DNA of 64,000 nucleotides. It comes from Eledone cirrhosa (lineage: Eukaryota). Under the pieces are notes generated by a model. That model worked only from the letters and a program-made list of their open reading frames with translations, was not told where the DNA came from and made no database searches. Positions 1-20,700 of the stretch are shown here, piece by piece. How positions within the stretch are numbered: position 1 is the first letter of the stretch; every line of letters starts with the position of its first letter. The DNA is taken from assembly GCA_964016885.1 (NCBI GenBank), contig CAXHJY010001199.1, positions 1-64,000 on the forward strand. The letters are read 5' to 3'. Made by a program: the position numbers and the translations under genes.

Positions 1-84
1 TCTACATATATATATATAATACATATACATATATATACATCTACATATATATATACATATACATATATATACATATATATACAT

Positions 85-115
<31 letters not shown>

Positions 116-118
116 CAT

Positions 119-149
<31 letters not shown>

Positions 150-705
150 CATATACATACATATATATATATACATATATATACATATACATATACATAT
201 ATATACATATATATACATATACATACATATATATATTATATATACATATATATACATATATATGCATATATATACATATATACATATATATATATATACA
301 TATATACATATATATGCATATATATACATATATATACATATATATATATATATACAATATATACATATACAAATATATACACATATACATATATATATAC
401 ACATATACACACACATATATATATACACATATACACACATATATATATATATATATATACATACATATATATATATACATACATACATATATATATATAT
501 ACATACATATAATATACATACATATAATATATATACATATTCATATACACATATATATATACATATATATATACATATATATATACATACATATATATAT
601 ATACATGCATATATATAATATATACATACATATATATATATATATACATACTATATATATATATATATACATAAATATATATATAATACATACATATATA
701 TATAC

Positions 706-738
<33 letters not shown>

Positions 739-910
739 CATACATATATATATATACATACATATATATATACATACATATATATATACATACATACATA
801 TATATATACATACATACATATATACATACATATATATATATATATACATACATATATACATACATATATATATATATATACATACATATATACATACATA
901 CATATATAAT

Positions 911-954
<44 letters not shown>

Positions 955-1013
955 TATATATATTATACATACATATATATATATATACATACATATATAT
1001 ATACATACATACA

Positions 1014-1050
<37 letters not shown>
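1..1050. repeat. Interrupted (TA)n/(TACA)n microsatellite
   Basis: Alternating TA with CA interruptions, read directly. Confidence 0.97.
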
Positions 1051-1051
<1 letters not shown>

Positions 1052-1441
1052 GTGGCTGCAACTCGTTTTCGAGTACGGCCACTACTCTATATCCATGTAG
1101 GAGAACCCCTACCAATGCGCTGAACGAGTGTAACTTTTTAGACCAGCCAGCGACTTGAAAACTCTGGTACAAACACTACACTTGTGACAATTATTGACAT
1201 AGTGCTGGGCCCATGGTACCATGTGACGACAAGTGCAGAGAGATCTCCAGATATAAAGCAATGCCTGTGCCGTGAAGCTTTTATAGTGAGCAAAGGCACT
1301 GCACAAAGCCAGTCCCACTCTCTTAACCAAGATGATATTTACCAAAAAGAAGAACAAGTCAACATCATTGGATACCATCAGGGTTGCAGGTGTTATATCA
1401 GAGTTTTCCTTCTGCCTTGACAAAGGCTAAGGGGTCATCTC
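1051..1441 (-). mobile_element. Short non-autonomous RTE-derived element, copy 1
   Basis: The minus strand encodes [19 protein letters not shown], resembling the C-terminal zinc-finger motif of RTE ORF2, followed by a 3' hairpin ACTCG-AAAA-CGAGT. A near-identical copy with the same ends is at 38571-38975. Confidence 0.7.
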
Positions 1442-1443
1442 AT

Positions 1444-2787
<1,344 letters not shown>

Positions 2788-3050
2788 ATTGTTATACTTT
2801 GGGAGGGTCATGTTGCCAATAAGAAACACACGCACCAGTTGCATTCACTTCAATTTATTATATATTTATAAATTTACAAATTTATAAATCTATAAATTTC
2901 TGGTTGGTTGGTTGCACAACCAGATAGTTGTTTATATATAGTCATAGTCCTTTCGTCACACACTCTAGGACCTCTTCAGTGACTGGGGATTCCTTTCTTT
3001 GTTTCTGTGCCTCTCCTTTGTTCGGTTCTACGCCATTTTGTTTCAACAAA
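2788..3050 (-). mobile_element. Penelope-like non-coding element, family B, with hammerhead motif at 2940-2984
   Basis: Same sequence as the copies at 16629, 25815, 37067, 48407 and later. The minus strand reads AGTCA-CTGAAGA-GGTCCTAGAGTGTGTGAC-GAA-AGGACT-A-TGACT, with stem II partly mismatched. Confidence 0.75.
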
Positions 3051-6259
<3,209 letters not shown>

Positions 6260-7460
6260 GCCGGACTCGGCATAACTGGAAAAGTAGGTGAGTGGCTGCA
6301 TGGCTTCCTGAGGGACAGAAGCCAGGCAGTCGCAGCAAATGGGGCCCTCTCGAGGGAAACACCGATAACAAGTGGGGTGCCTCAGGGGACAGTCCTGGGA
6401 CCACTAATGTTTTTGGTGGCTCTCTCGGACATGCCCTCTGTGGTGCATGCAACAACATCCCTCACTAGCTATGCTGATGACACTAAGGTAGCACAGGCAA
6501 TCAAAAACCCGGCTGACGCTGCCCTCTTACAGCAGGATCTGGATGCCATATACAGATGGGCGGAAGAAAACAACATGCAGTTTAATGCTGGCAAATTCCA
6601 AGCCCTACAATACAAACCTGCAAACACAAACACAAATATAGCGGAACACAGCTACACAGGACCAGGAGGGACCGATATCCCCGTGTCAAAATCGATACGA
6701 GACCTGGCATAGACATGAGCGATGATGCATCTTTTTCTTCACACATCATGAAGGTGGCGACAGCATGTAGACGATTCGCTGGCTGGATCTTGAGGACTTT
6801 CCTTACAAGAGATCGAGACACCATGTTGACACTGTGGAGGACTTTTGTCCTAAGCCGCCTGGACTACTGCTCCCAGCTGTGGTCACCCCATAGTGTCAAA
6901 CTAACCACAGAGCTTGAGGCAATCCAGCGAAGCTACACCAAGAGGATTGCCAAGATGAGGGAGACAAGCTACTGGGAGAGGCTGAAGGAACTGAACCTCT
7001 ACTCCTTGGAGCGAAGACGGGAGAGATACGCAGTGATCTACATGTGGAAAATCCTGGAGGGACTAGCACCAAACTTTGGCACTGGGAGCTGGACCAACCG
7101 TCGAACAGGACGTCACTGTGTGGTGCCAAAGATCCCGTCTTTCCACATCTAGAATAAGGAGCAGGTATTGCAATAGCCTGGGATTCAAGGCCCTCAACTC
7201 TTCAACAGGCTGCCGAGGCATCTGCGAGACTTGCATGACGTGGAGGTGGATGTCTTTAAGAAACATCTCGACACCTTGTTATCCAGGATCCCGGATGAGC
7301 CCACAGCAAGACACGAGGGAAACCTAAGGGCAGCAGCAACAAACTCCCTCCTACACCAGTGGCCAACCTATATAGGCTGGAGATAAAATGTGTAGCAACA
7401 AGGGCGGTGCCCCAGCATGGCCTCAGCCGGATGGCTGAAACAGGTAAAAGAGTAAAAGAG
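6260..7460 (+). mobile_element. 5'-truncated CR1-group LINE (RT C-terminal half, frameshifted)
   Basis: Motifs [31 protein letters not shown] and LYSLERRRERY. Frameshifts near 6710 and 7140. The 3' end has tandem GTAAAAGA repeats. Confidence 0.92.
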
Positions 7461-7961
7461 TATATATATATATACATATATACGTATATATATATACATA
7501 TATATATATACGTATATATATATACATATATACATATATATATATATACATATATACATATATATATATACGTATATATATACATATATATATATACGTA
7601 TATATATATACATATATACATATATACATACGTATATATATATACATACGTATATATATATACGTATATATATATACATATATATATATACGTATATATA
7701 TATACATATATACATATACGTATATATATATACATATATACATATATATATACATATATATATATACATATATATATATACGTATATATATATACATATA
7801 TATATATACGTATATATATATACATATATACATATACGTATATATATATACATATATACATATATATATACATATATATATATACATATATATATATACG
7901 TATATATATATACATATATACATATATATATACATATATATATATACATATATATATATAC

Positions 7962-7996
<35 letters not shown>

Positions 7997-8021
7997 CCTA
8001 TATATATATACATATATATAC

Positions 8022-8078
<57 letters not shown>

Positions 8079-8457
8079 CATATATATACATATATATATA
8101 TACGTATATATATGTACATATATACATATATATATATACATATATACATATATATATATACGTATATATATATACATATATACATATATATATACATATA
8201 TATATATACATATATACATATATATATACATATATATATATACATATATATATGTACATATATACATATATATATATACATATATACATATATATATATA
8301 CATATATACATATATATATATACGTATATATATATACATATATACATATATATATACATATATATATATACATATACACATATATATATATACATATACA
8401 CATATATATATGTATATATATATACATATATACATATATATATATGTATATATATAC

Positions 8458-8500
<43 letters not shown>

Positions 8501-8601
8501 TATATACATATATATATATATATACATATATATATACATATACATATATATATACATATATATATATATACATATATATATACATATACATATATATATA
8601 C

Positions 8602-8634
<33 letters not shown>

Positions 8635-8893
8635 CATATATATACATACATATATATATACATATATATACATACATATATATATATACATATATATATA
8701 TATACATATATATACATACATATATATATATACATATATATATACATATATATACATACATATATATATATACATATATATATATATACATATATATATA
8801 TACATATACACATATATATATATACATATACACATATATATATGTATATATATATACATATATACATATATATATATATATGTATATATATAC

Positions 8894-8936
<43 letters not shown>

Positions 8937-9284
8937 TATATACATATATATATATATACATATATATATACATATACATATATATATACATATATATATA
9001 TATACATATATATATACATATACATATATATATACATATATATATATACATATATATATACATACATATATATATATACATATATATATATATACATATA
9101 TATACATACATATATATATATACATATATATAACATATATATACATACATATATATATACATATATATATATACATATATATATATACATATATATATAT
9201 ATACATATATATATATACATATATATATATATACATATATATATATACATATATATATATATACATATATATATATACATATAC

Positions 9285-9317
<33 letters not shown>

Positions 9318-9365
9318 CATATATATACATATACATATATATATATATATATACATATATGTATA

Positions 9366-9397
<32 letters not shown>

Positions 9398-9442
9398 CAT
9401 ATATATATATACATATATATATATATACATATATATATATAC

Positions 9443-9475
<33 letters not shown>

Positions 9476-9518
9476 CATATATATACATACATATATATAT
9501 ATACATATATATACATAC

Positions 9519-9573
<55 letters not shown>

Positions 9574-9600
9574 CATACATATATATATATATACATACAT
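7461..9600. repeat. Interrupted (TA)n microsatellite, with a TACG variant in the first part
   Basis: Direct inspection. Confidence 0.97.
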
Positions 9601-12110
9601 ATGGATGATTTCTTCCTATCCCAACTGGTGCTCGAACCAACGAGGTGCCACAAAAACGTCCTAGACTTAATTTTCAGCAATCACACTGACAATATCCACA
9701 ATATTGCAGTGGAGAAAACTCTACTCTCTGATCATGACATGGTTCTCTGTGATCTGAGATTCCACCGTCCAATATACAAACCCAATGTCATCTCTCCTGT
9801 CCATCCGTTGACGCTATGGATTTCCACAATGCAAACTGGGAAGCGATCAGTCATGATCTTGCACATCTCGACTGGTCCTTCACGCACACTCATACACCCA
9901 CTAACATCAAAAAGTCCTGGCAGACATTTGTGGACACTGTTACAAACATATGTGCTAAACACACCCCATTAAGAACTATAAACAAATCTAAGAGCAGAAT
10001 CCCTAGAAATAGAAAAACGCTCATCAGAAAAATTAAGAGAACGAACAAAAAAATCAACAAGCTGAAATACTGTCAGCAGCAACACATCAACTTGACTGCC
10101 ATTTCATCACTAGAGATTAAAAAACATAACCTCCAAAACAACATAATGTCCCTCATCAACAATCAGAGAAGAGCTGAAGAGGCCTGGGCCATTGAGAAGA
10201 TCAAACTCAATCCCAAAGTGTTCTTTTCATTTGCAAAAAAACACAAAATCACTGGCTCTACTGTTGGCCCTCTAATTGATGAAAATGGCACTCTTCAAGA
10301 CAATGCTAAAACCATGGGTGAGATACTGCAGAAACAATACTGCTCTGTTTTCAGCAATCCTGATATGGCCGATCTGGGCTGTATCGGCGATGTTACTCCC
10401 CATTACACCTTATCGGACATAACGTTTGGCGCCCCTGATGTCCTGGCGGCAATAAAGGAAATCAAGCATAATTCAGCAGTAGGTCCCGATAGGTTCCCTG
10501 CTTGTGTCTTGAAGGCGTGTCAACACCAACTTGCATCTCTTGCATCTCCTCTTGCCAATCTGTGGCGGAACTCACTGGATGCTGGATATGTGCCAGAAAA
10601 CCTTCTATCCCAGTCTGTTGTCCCAGTTTTCAAAAAGGGAAACAAATCCTTGCCGTGAATTACCGTCCAATCTCACTCACCTCTCATATCATTAAGGTAT
10701 TTGAGCGAGTGGTGAGATCGCGAATGACCCACTTCCTTGAGAGTAACAATATGCTGAACTCCAACCAGCATGGATTCCGTAATGGAAGGGATTGCCTGAC
10801 GCAGCTACTGCATCACTTTGATGACATTTTGAGAGCCTTGGGAGAGGGTTCCAACACTGATGTTATCTACCTTGATTTCAGCAAGGCCTTTGACAGGGTT
10901 GATCATAACATTCTACTGAGAAAGCTGTCCAATATTGGTGTCACTGGAAAGCTGCTGCAGTGGATCAAGAGCTTCCTGTCAAACAGAACCCAACATGTTG
11001 TAGTTGAGGGAGTCAAATCAAGCCCAGCCAAAGTCAGTAGTGGGGTCCCACAAGGCACTGTGTTGGGCCCACTTCTCTTCATCATCTATATTAATGACAT
11101 CACTGACATCATCAAACACAGCAACATTAACATTTTCGCTGATGATTCCAAGCTCCAAAAGGTCATCAATGGCGTGGATGACCGGATAAGCCTTCAGTCA
11201 GACCTACTGGCTGTTACCCAATGGGCAGAAAAGAACGACATGTTACTGAACGAAGACAAATTCGAACTGATCCACTTTGGAAAAGAGGATGCTCTGAAAC
11301 TCCCGTACTCCCTTCCCTCCGGGGAAACTCTCGTGGCATCTAACAACATCAGAGACTTGGGAGTAACCGTGGACAGCAACATAAGCTGGACCACGCATAT
11401 AAGCAGCAAAGTTGACATGGCCCGCAGAATGTGTTCCTGGATCCTCAGAACCTTCCAGTCGAGAGATTCCCGCACCATTATCCTTCTCTTCTCTACTTTC
11501 GCCCGACCACACCTTGAATACTGTTGTCCACTGTGGTCTCCCCACACGAAACAAAGTATCATGAAACTTGAAGCTCCTCAAAGGGCAATCACGAAAAAGA
11601 TAGATGGCATGTCAGACCTTGACTACTGGGGTCGATTAGAAAACCTGAAACTTTACTCACTCCAACGTCGCCGTGAGCGTTATATTATCTGCATGATGTG
11701 GAAAATGTTCCATCATCACTGCCCAAATGATGTTGGCATCGCCTTCAAGATACACCCAAGGCTTGGGCCCCGTGCTATCCGTCCCATTCAAAAATCTAAA
11801 TCGCAACTCATAACAACAATACGGCACAATTATTTCACCTCAATCGGCCCTGCTCTCTTCAACATCACACCAGGACACGTCAAAACAGAAACTGACCACA
11901 CAAAATTCAAGAAGTCTTTGGACAAATTCCTCCAAGTAATCCCGGACAAACCACCCACACCCGGATATGTCTCCGCAAACAGTAATTCTCTTCTCGAATG
12001 GGCCATGGTGCCCAAATCCTGAATTGAAAGACTTCGCCAGGTGGTGCTATTAAGTTAGACATGGCCTGGGCCAATACTGGCTAAAACATTTCAAAGTTTA
12101 TTCAAAGTTA
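9601..12110 (+). mobile_element. 5'-truncated CR1-group LINE (APE endonuclease C-terminus plus RT)
   Basis: Endonuclease end LDLIFSN...SDHDMV. RT motifs [30 protein letters not shown] and FADDSK. Frameshifts near 9815 and 10655. Stop at 12022. Tail is about (TTCAAAGTTA)x2. Confidence 0.95.
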
Positions 12111-13869
<1,759 letters not shown>

Positions 13870-13870
13870 G

Positions 13871-14080
13871 CAGGTTTTAATATAGATGAGATTCTACAGG
13901 ACTAGAACTGTTTTATTCTTCAGAAATCATCAAGAATCTGGGTATCAAAAATTCCTGATGATTTCTGAAGAATGAAACAGTTCTAGTCTGTAGAATCTCA
14001 TCTATATTAAAACCTTTATACTCTGCTATGTATTGAGTACCTTACTTACTGTGGTTACCTCCGATTCAACCCGGAATAAC
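13871..14080 (+). mobile_element. Fold-back Penelope-like element, family A
   Basis: Inverted arms at about 13872-13932 and 13956-14015, plus a single-copy tail. Relatives at 27119-27307 and 40790-40853. Confidence 0.75.
13951..13996 (+). ncRNA. Minimal type I hammerhead ribozyme motif
   Basis: ATTC-CTGATGA-T-TTC(TGAA)GAA-T-GAA-ACAG(TTCTAGT)CTGT-A-GAAT. Stems I and III pair. Predicted cleavage after GUA at 13992. Confidence 0.75.
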
Positions 14081-14297
14081 GTATATATATATACACATAT
14101 ATATATATACATATATAACATATATATATATATACATATATATGTATAACATATATATATATATACATATATATATATAACATATATATATATATACATA
14201 TATATATATAACATATTTATATATATACATATATATATATAACATATTTATATATATACATATATATATATATACATATACATATATATACATATAC

Positions 14298-14330
<33 letters not shown>

Positions 14331-14408
14331 CATATATATATACACACACTCACACACATATATATATACACATATATATATACACACACACATATATATA
14401 TATATATA

Positions 14409-14456
14409 CAGCCATCGAAACGGCTTGAGCTCTGCCGTAGGCGTCATACTTTTCCC
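14409..14456 (+). mobile_element. Family C fragment (3' half of a hammerhead motif)
   Basis: GAA-ACGGC(TTGAGCTCT)GCCGT-A, matching the copies at 22441, 29866, 30676 and 36733. Confidence 0.6.
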
Positions 14457-14869
14457 TTTATATATATCTCTCTCTATATATATATATATGTATATATATA
14501 CACATATATATGTGTGTGTATATATTGCTATTTCCGCTCTAATCATTTATCTACTCTCATCATCATCACCAACACCCTCATCACCATCATTATTATTATT
14601 ATTATTATGTCCTTAAAAGTCACCAACCAACAGGTCCCCGACTATAGACCTTAATATCCTATATCCTATATCTTTAGTATCAACATCACTCGGTCACACA
14701 ATACTTATTAAATAAAGAAAGTTCTAAGCTTTGATGTAGTAGCGAGTGATTTAGTCATTTTTTCTTTTCATTTATTTTACTGTTAACTATTATCTATTTA
14801 TATGCTAATTTAGGCTAATCACATTGATGCAACTTCCCCACAATTAATTTTCCACATCAACGATAATCA

Positions 14870-15443
14870 AACAAAAAATAAAAATATATAAAAATAAATA
14901 AAAATAAAATAAATAATAAAAAATACAAAAATAAAAAAAATAAAACAGAAATATATAAAAATAAAAATATAAAAATAACATAAAAAATATAAAAAAATTA
15001 AAAATAGAAATATAAAATTAAATATAAAAATAAAAATTATAAAAATATAAAAATAAAAATAACAATAAAAATATAAAAATAAAAATAAAGAAGAAGAAAA
15101 AAAGAAAAAGAAAATAAATAAATATATAAATAAATTTATAAATAATAAAAAATAATTTTATGAAAAAACCCCGAAAATAAACGAAAACGTTTCTCTGAAG
15201 ATGTGAGTGTTTCATCTTTGTTCTTCTTTGTTGTTCTTTCTTTCCTTTTTTTACTTTCTTTGTCGTCTTCATCTTTTTGTCATCGTCATCATCATTACCA
15301 TCTTTTCTGTTTTTTTTTGTCGTCGTTTTCATCATCATCATCTTTTTTCTTTTCTGTTTTTGTCGTCATCATCACCATCTTTTTTCTTTTCTGTTTTTTT
15401 GTCATCCTCATCATCATCATCTTTTTTTCTTTTCTGTTTTTTG

Positions 15444-15475
<32 letters not shown>

Positions 15476-15620
15476 TTTTTTCTTTTGATTTTGTCATCAT
15501 CATCATCATCCTCCTCCTCATCATCATCATCACCATCTTTTTTCATTTCTGTTTTTGCCGTCATCATCAACACCATCTTTTTTCTTGTCTGTTTTTATGT
15601 CGTCGTCGTCGTAATCATCA
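14870..15620. repeat. A-rich, then T-rich/(CAT)n low-complexity sequence
   Basis: Direct inspection. Confidence 0.9.
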
Positions 15621-15725
15621 TTGCTCGTTTTCGACCTGTATCGATCTGTATCGATCTGGTCCGACTCTGGAATCAAAAGCTCGTCGGACGTCTGTTGTGG
15701 TAATGTAGTAACTATATATATAAAC

Positions 15726-15937
15726 ATTTATTAAAATAACAAATTAAAGTTTGAGCAAAGAATCGCTGCTTTCACCCTTAACGGGATCTTCTGAAACTCA
15801 GAAGATCCCGTTAAGGGTGAAAGCAGCGATTCTTTGCTTAAACTTTAATCTGTTATTTTAATAAATCTTTGCTCTACGGTTCTTATATACTTGATATATA
15901 TTTATCCTTATCGAGCCCTCTTTGGATTTTAGTCTAC
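15726..15937 (+). mobile_element. Fold-back element, family E, copy 1
   Basis: Arms 15726-15794 and 15798-15866, plus a tail. Contains a hammerhead-like CAGAAGA-TCCC(GTTAA)GGGT-GAAA. Confidence 0.7.
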
Positions 15938-15953
15938 ATATTTATTATTATTG

Positions 15954-15989
<36 letters not shown>

Positions 15990-16059
15990 CCACCAACCAC
16001 CTGAAAAGACTATTCAAATCGAGAACACTCCCTGGATATATATATATTAATTTCAAAGG

Positions 16060-16109
<50 letters not shown>

Positions 16110-16313
16110 TTAGACATAGTCACAGATACATATATGAGTTTTTAGATAAGTGTCATATAGCTGTACATCGCGGAAAAGTATCTGTATCATTTGTCCATTA
16201 TTTCTTCATAAGTACATTTTAAACTTCTAGCTTCGTTTAAATGATTTTTTATGTGGTTAATTTATACTGATTGGGAGAGGAAATACTGTATATATTTTAT
16301 CTAATGGTTCTTT

Positions 16314-16372
<59 letters not shown>

Positions 16373-16390
16373 GTAATAATAATAAATTTG

Positions 16391-16588
16391 AAGACTAAAA
16401 TCCAAATAGGGCTCGATAAGGATAAATATATATCAAATATATAAGAACCGTAGAGCAAAATATTTATTAAAATAACAGATTAAAGTTTAAGCAAAGAATC
16501 GCTGCTTTCACCCTTAACGGGATCTTCAGAAGATCCCGTTAAGGGTGAAAGCAGCGATTCTTTGCTTAAACTTTAATCTGTTATTTTA

Positions 16589-16595
<7 letters not shown>
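16391..16595 (-). mobile_element. Fold-back element, family E, copy 2 (opposite orientation)
   Basis: Arms 16461-16527 and 16529-16595 with a 1-nt spacer. The minus strand reads CTGAAGA-TCCCGTTAAGGGT-GAAAGC across the axis. The tail 16391-16460 is the reverse complement of about 15867-15937. Confidence 0.72.
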
Positions 16596-16628
<33 letters not shown>

Positions 16629-16630
<2 letters not shown>

Positions 16631-16975
16631 TTTCTGAATTTGTTTAGCAAGATTCTTTATCTGAAAACGTGTGTTGAAACCGATATTGTTATACTTTGGG
16701 AGGGTCATGTTGCCAATAAGAAACACACGCACCAGTTGCTTTCCCTCCAATTTATTATAAATAAAATTTATAAATTAAAGAATTTATAAATTTCCGGTTG
16801 GTTGGTTGGTTCCACAACCGTCCGGTTGTTCATATATTGTTGCGGAACCAACCAACCAACCGGAAATTTATAAATTCTTAAATTTATAAATTTTATTTAT
16901 AATAAATTGGAGGGAAAGCAACTGGTGCGTGTGTTTCTTATTGGCAACATGACCCTCCCAAAGTATAACAATATA
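16629..16975 (-). mobile_element. Family B fold-back copy truncated 3' of the ribozyme
   Basis: Arms at about 16683-16818 and 16839-16975, homologous to the 3' part of family B. Confidence 0.75.
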
Positions 16976-16979
16976 TATA

Positions 16980-17138
16980 TAGGTAGAAGTGGTAACACAA
17001 CAGTTAGTTCACCCATGATCATTACGAGCTGAGGATCCGATATGGTGAACTAACTGTTGTGTTACCACTTCTACCTAACTCGTCCCATGGACTGAGCGCT
17101 CTACCACTAAGGATACTACCTTCCAGTGTTCTACCCCC
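16980..17138 (+). mobile_element. Fold-back element with a degenerate hammerhead core
   Basis: Arms at about 16980-17013 and 17045-17078. CTGAGGA-T-CC(GATAT)GG-T-GAA at 17029-17049. Confidence 0.55.
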
Positions 17139-17254
17139 CTCTCTCTCTATATATATATATAGAGAGTTCGAAATAACAAACAAACAAACGGAGGAGTAAA
17201 TGTTACATTGTGGTATTAGGTTCACGCTTGGTGAGAGTAGGGGCATGTGGTTAC

Positions 17255-17282
17255 GACGTTTCGGACATAAGTCCTACATCAG
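17255..17282 (-). ncRNA. Degenerate hammerhead motif
   Basis: Minus strand CTGATGTA-GGAC(TTAT)GTCC-GAA-ACGT-C. Stem I is poor. Confidence 0.4.
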
Positions 17283-17320
17283 GAGAGGGGAGGGAAGTCC
17301 CAGAAGGAGTGAGGGGAGAG

Positions 17321-17384
<64 letters not shown>

Positions 17385-17556
17385 AATATAATATCAGCGA
17401 GATCGAATTTCGGCTGTGGTCGAAAACAAAGCGAAACGCAATATCCAAGTTATGCTGGCAAGCGCTCCATGGACCAAATAAAGACCAGAGCAATAAACAT
17501 ACGTTATTAAGGCCAAACAAACTGAGATGGCGGTCAAGAAGCCATCAACCACCTAA

Positions 17557-17619
<63 letters not shown>

Positions 17620-17642
17620 CAGACCCTCCATCTCAATTCTAC

Positions 17643-17676
17643 TTTTGAAAAGCAGAAGAACTGCGAAACCGGTAAA
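17643..17676 (+). ncRNA. Hammerhead motif, U3-A8 variant
   Basis: TT-TTGAAAA-GCAG(AAGAA)CTGC-GAA-ACCGGT-A-AA. Confidence 0.5.
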
Positions 17677-17689
17677 ACCCTGAAGCCTT

Positions 17690-17904
17690 TTAGTCCATCA
17701 CATCGATTCCAGCACAAACTTTTCTAGTGAAGTCTGGCATACAGTTTATCAATCTCTTTTTGTCGAACCTCTATCAAGTTGACGTTATGCTAGAAGACAG
17801 GTCCTAGGGCGCCCATGTGTGTGTGCGTGTGTGTGTGCTGTGGGTCGGATCGAACCGTGAAGAAAATGGTTGCGATGTGGCTTGCCTAACCACGTGGCCA
17901 TGTC
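17690..17904 (-). mobile_element. tRNA-derived SINE, degenerate
   Basis: The minus strand has A-box-like TGGCCACGTGG and B-box-like GGTTCGATCCG. The distal part resembles the other SINE bodies in the window. Confidence 0.6.
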
Positions 17905-18049
17905 AGCTCTCCCTCCTCCACGACCCAACCATAATAATAAAGTTGGGCTGGTTGGTTGTGTGTAACTGAAACTGATCAGATAAAATAATCATCTTGATAA
18001 TTGTTTACAGAGATCCAGGGATGCCATGGGCTGTCGTCACATACACATA

Positions 18050-18109
<60 letters not shown>

Positions 18110-18233
18110 CACATGTATATATACACATGTATATATACACATGTATATATATATACACATGTATATATCAAATACATCACATTGATATTGATGGTATTTG
18201 TATAAATAGATACAGTTTCACCGATATATATAT

Positions 18234-18268
<35 letters not shown>

Positions 18269-18306
18269 CGTATGTATATATATGTATGTATATATATATA
18301 TATATG

Positions 18307-18345
<39 letters not shown>

Positions 18346-18409
18346 TAAACAACACGCACCACACAAAGTCTATAATATTTAAGGTATTTAAGTGAAATTT
18401 ATCTGATTA

Positions 18410-18449
<40 letters not shown>

Positions 18450-18856
18450 TATACATTCATATATATACATTCATATATATACACATACATATATACATAT
18501 ATATACACATATATACATACATATACATACACATATATACATACATATACATATATATACATACATATATATATACACATATATATACATACATATATAC
18601 ATATATATACATACATATATATATACACATACATATATACATACATATATACACATACATATATACATACATATATACACATACATATATACATATATAC
18701 ATATATATACATACATATATACATACATATATATACATATATACATACATACATATATACATATATATACATACATACATACATATATACATACATACAT
18801 ATATACATATATATACATACATACATACATATATATACATACATACATACATATAT

Positions 18857-18943
<87 letters not shown>

Positions 18944-19356
18944 CATATATATATACATACATATATATATACTTACATATATACATATATATATACTTAC
19001 ATATATACATATATATATACATACATACATACATATATACATATATATATACATACATATATATATACTTACATATATACATATATATATACTTACATAT
19101 ATACATATATATATACATACATACATACATATATATGCATACATACATACATATACATATATATACATACATACATATATATACATACATACATATACAT
19201 ACATATATATACATACATACATATACATACATATACATATATATACATACATACATATATATATACATACATACATATACATATATATACATACATACAT
19301 ACATATACATATATATACATACATACATATACATACATACATACATATACATATAT

Positions 19357-19389
<33 letters not shown>

Positions 19390-19705
19390 CATACACATAC
19401 ATATATATACATACACATACATATATATATACATATATATACATACATATATATATACATATATATACACATATATATACATACATATACATACATATAT
19501 ACATACATATATATATATACATATATATACATACATATATACATATATATACATACATATACATGCATATATATATATATATACATACATATACATATAC
19601 ATATATATACATACATATACATATACATATACATATATATATACATATATATACATACATATACATGCATATACAAACATTCATATATATACATATATAT
19701 ATATG
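18410..19705. repeat. (TACA)/(TA) microsatellite
   Basis: Direct inspection. Confidence 0.95.
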
Positions 19706-19724
19706 TTACACACGAAAAAATAGT

Positions 19725-19985
19725 AAAGAAAGAGAGAGGTGTGTGGGAGAGAGAGGGGTGGGGGGGTATAAGGAGAGGGGGAAAGGGAGAGGGAGAGAAG
19801 GGGGAGATGAGGGAGGGGGAGATGGGGGGAGGGAGAGAAGGAGAGTGAGAGGGAGAGAGAGGGAGAGGGAGAGAGAGAGAGAGAGGGAGGGAGAGGGAGA
19901 GAGAGGGAGGGAGAGGGAGAGAGAGAGGGAGAGAGAGGGAGAGAGAAGGAGAGAGAGAGAAGGAGAGAGAGAGTGGGAGGGGAGA
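19725..19985. repeat. GA-rich polypurine tract
   Basis: Direct inspection. Confidence 0.9.
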
Positions 19986-20239
19986 CGGGGCACCACGGGT
20001 TGTGTCAGAACAACACATGTCGGCACACGCCTTCTTTGATATAAAGCGTTCGTTGAAGGCAGCGTCTCTTCTGGAGAGCAGGGTCACTGAGTGCAAACTT
20101 GTTTTGTTTTGTTTTTTTGTAGTATTTGTTAGGTTTTGTTATTTTATTTATTTACTCTTTTTACTGTATTTACATATGTTGTTGTTGTTGTTGTCTTTCA
20201 AATATTTCTGCTGTGCTAGACATCTAGCTATACACTCTC

Positions 20240-20700
20240 ACCACCCCCTCACCACCACCACCACCACCACTACCATCATCACCGCCGCCAACAACAACCA
20301 ACACCATTAACACCATCATCACCACCACCACACCGCCACCACCACCACCACACCACCACCTCTGCCGCCGCCACCACCACCACCATCATCACCGCCGCCA
20401 ACAACAACCAACACCATTAACACCGACAGCACCACCACCACACCGCCACCACCACACCGCCACCACCACCACCACACCGCCATTATCATCACCACCACCA
20501 CCACCACCACACCACCATTATCATCACCACCGCCACCACGACCAACACCACCTCATCACCACCACACCACCATTATCATCACCACCGCCACCAACACCAC
20601 CACATCACCACGCACACCACATCACCACCACTATCATCATCACCAACACCACCACCACGAACACCACGAACACCACCACCGCCACCACGCCCCCCCACTC
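20240..20700. repeat. Degenerate (CAC)n tract
   Basis: Direct inspection. Confidence 0.9.

Noticed and set aside
20040-20046. TATAAAG as a TATA box
   Set aside because: No supporting downstream gene, and the motif is common in AT-rich DNA
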